Positions 63,202 to 64,000 of a stretch of DNA of 64,000 bases are shown one piece after another. Made by a program: the position numbers and the translations under genes. Position 1 is the first letter of the stretch. Each line of letters opens with the position of its first letter. The notes under the pieces were generated by a model. It was not told the origin of the DNA, did not search any database, and saw only the letters and a list, made by a program, of their open reading frames with translations. Origin of the DNA: Spirochaetota bacterium (GTDB taxonomy: Bacteria; Spirochaetota; UBA4802; UBA5550); contig JAKQPV010000026.1 of NCBI GenBank assembly GCA_029564515.1, positions 158,066 through 222,065 of the forward strand, read 5' to 3'.

Positions 63202-64000
63202 TTATAACGACGCGAGTTTCATGCTCAGTTCCCAGAGATTGTCCCGCAGCGCCGGGTCCATCGCGTTGGGCGCGTAGGGCTTCTGCTCGCACAGCTCGAA
63301 ATACCTCCCGTTTATACCCTCGACCTCCGGGCTCGTCGCGAGCCAGACGGGCGGCTTTGCGCCCGACTCGGGCGTGTCAAAGGACCGCTTCACGAGCCTC
63401 ATGAAAGCGCCAAGCAGGCCCGGGCTGTCCCCCAGGGCGGTCTGGATGACGCCAGGGTGCAGGGCATTGACCGTTACCCCGCTGCCATTTATGATCTCCG
63501 AGAATTTCTGCGTGAAGTAGATGTTGCACAGCTTGGTGTTCATGTAGGTGGCTAACTTGCCGAAGTCTTCCCCGTACGGCGTTTTCTCGATATCGACCTT
63601 CCCTTTTACATAGAGCCCGGCATTGACGTTCACGATCCGCGCGGGAGCGTTCTTCTTCAATTGCCCGAGCAGCAGGGTGCTCAGGATGAGCGGGGCCATG
63701 TGGTTCACCATGAACGCCATCTCAAGGCCGTCCGGGTTTATCTCCAGCCTGGTGGGCCAGATGCCGGCGTTGTTGATGAGCACGGAAACCCCCGGGAACT
63801 TTTTCCTGATCGTTTCGGCAACTTCTTTCACGGACCGTATGGCCCCCAGGTCGCCGGTAACCAGGTCGACCGCGGGATTGCCGGACGCGCCCCTGATCTC
63901 TTCCAGCGCGGCCCTTCCCTTTTCAGGGTTGCGGCTGACAATAATGACATGGTGCTTCCGCTTCGCCAGATCGAGGGCGATCGCCTTTCCTATTCCCGCG
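63202..64000 (-). CDS. SDR oxidoreductase (retinol-dehydrogenase-like); the N-terminus is beyond the right edge
   Basis: The frame continues upstream of the listed ORF (..GIGKAIALDLAKRKHHVIIVSRNPEKG..), with LINNAGI and a YxxxK-region (YMNTKLC). The M at 63831 is an internal GTG. Confidence 0.8.
   Translation of the reverse strand, partial: AGIGKAIALDLAKRKHHVIIVSRNPEKGRAALEEIRGASGNPAVDLVTGDLGAIRSVKEVAETIRKKFPGVSVLINNAGIWPTRLEINPDGLEMAFMVNHMAPLILSTLLLGQLKKNAPARIVNVNAGLYVKGKVDIEKTPYGEDFGKLATYMNTKLCNIYFTQKFSEIINGSGVTVNALHPGVIQTALGDSPGLLGAFMRLVKRSFDTPESGAKPPVWLATSPEVEGINGRYFELCEQKPYAPNAMDPALRDNLWELSMKLASL

Overview
This is a 64-kb chromosomal window from a GC-rich diderm bacterium. I cannot assign a taxon from sequence alone. 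The gene content (2-hydroxyacyl-CoA dehydratase, several nitroreductase/ferredoxin genes, 7TM-AraC, SpoIIE and MCP signalling) fits an environmental anaerobe or facultative anaerobe. About 57 protein-coding genes are supportable. They include partial polA, apbE, two membrane-embedded AraC regulators, two SCP2 proteins and a RAYT/IS200-type Y1 transposase flanked by inverted REPs. An eight-gene acyl-CoA (beta-oxidation-like) operon has a nitroreductase and a ferredoxin embedded in it. Also present are a SpoIIE phosphatase, three MBL-fold paralogs, glyA, an MCP, a second acyl-CoA synthetase, a Kef-type antiporter, an orphan HisKA_2 kinase and a LolCDE-like ABC/LolA-like/OMP module. The right end carries sodA, an ICMT-DinB-CPBP trio, an HgdAB-like dehydratase pair, HigBA and a partial SDR. 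I saw no rRNA, tRNA, CRISPR array or cas genes. Three things stand out. (1) Six same-orientation copies (19.2-51.3 kb) of a nested-palindromic intergenic element. Its arms are tandem heptamer arrays (AGTGAAT/ATTCACT) and its inner CGCTC hairpins show compensatory changes between copies. Three neighbouring genes take their stop codons from these arms. (2) A strikingly AT-rich segment of about 5 kb (24.19-29.19 kb) encodes an S8 protease lipoprotein, a beta-barrel-like protein and a lipoprotein. It has poly-G runs at both ends and is bounded by a 7-bp direct repeat, TGTCATT. (3) The lipid-CoA operon has an ACAD pair in which the second member lacks the canonical catalytic Glu, and its split nitroreductase + ferredoxin module recurs 3 kb away as a fused protein. 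Many long + or - ORFs in the track are antisense shadows typical of high-GC DNA, and I rejected them.
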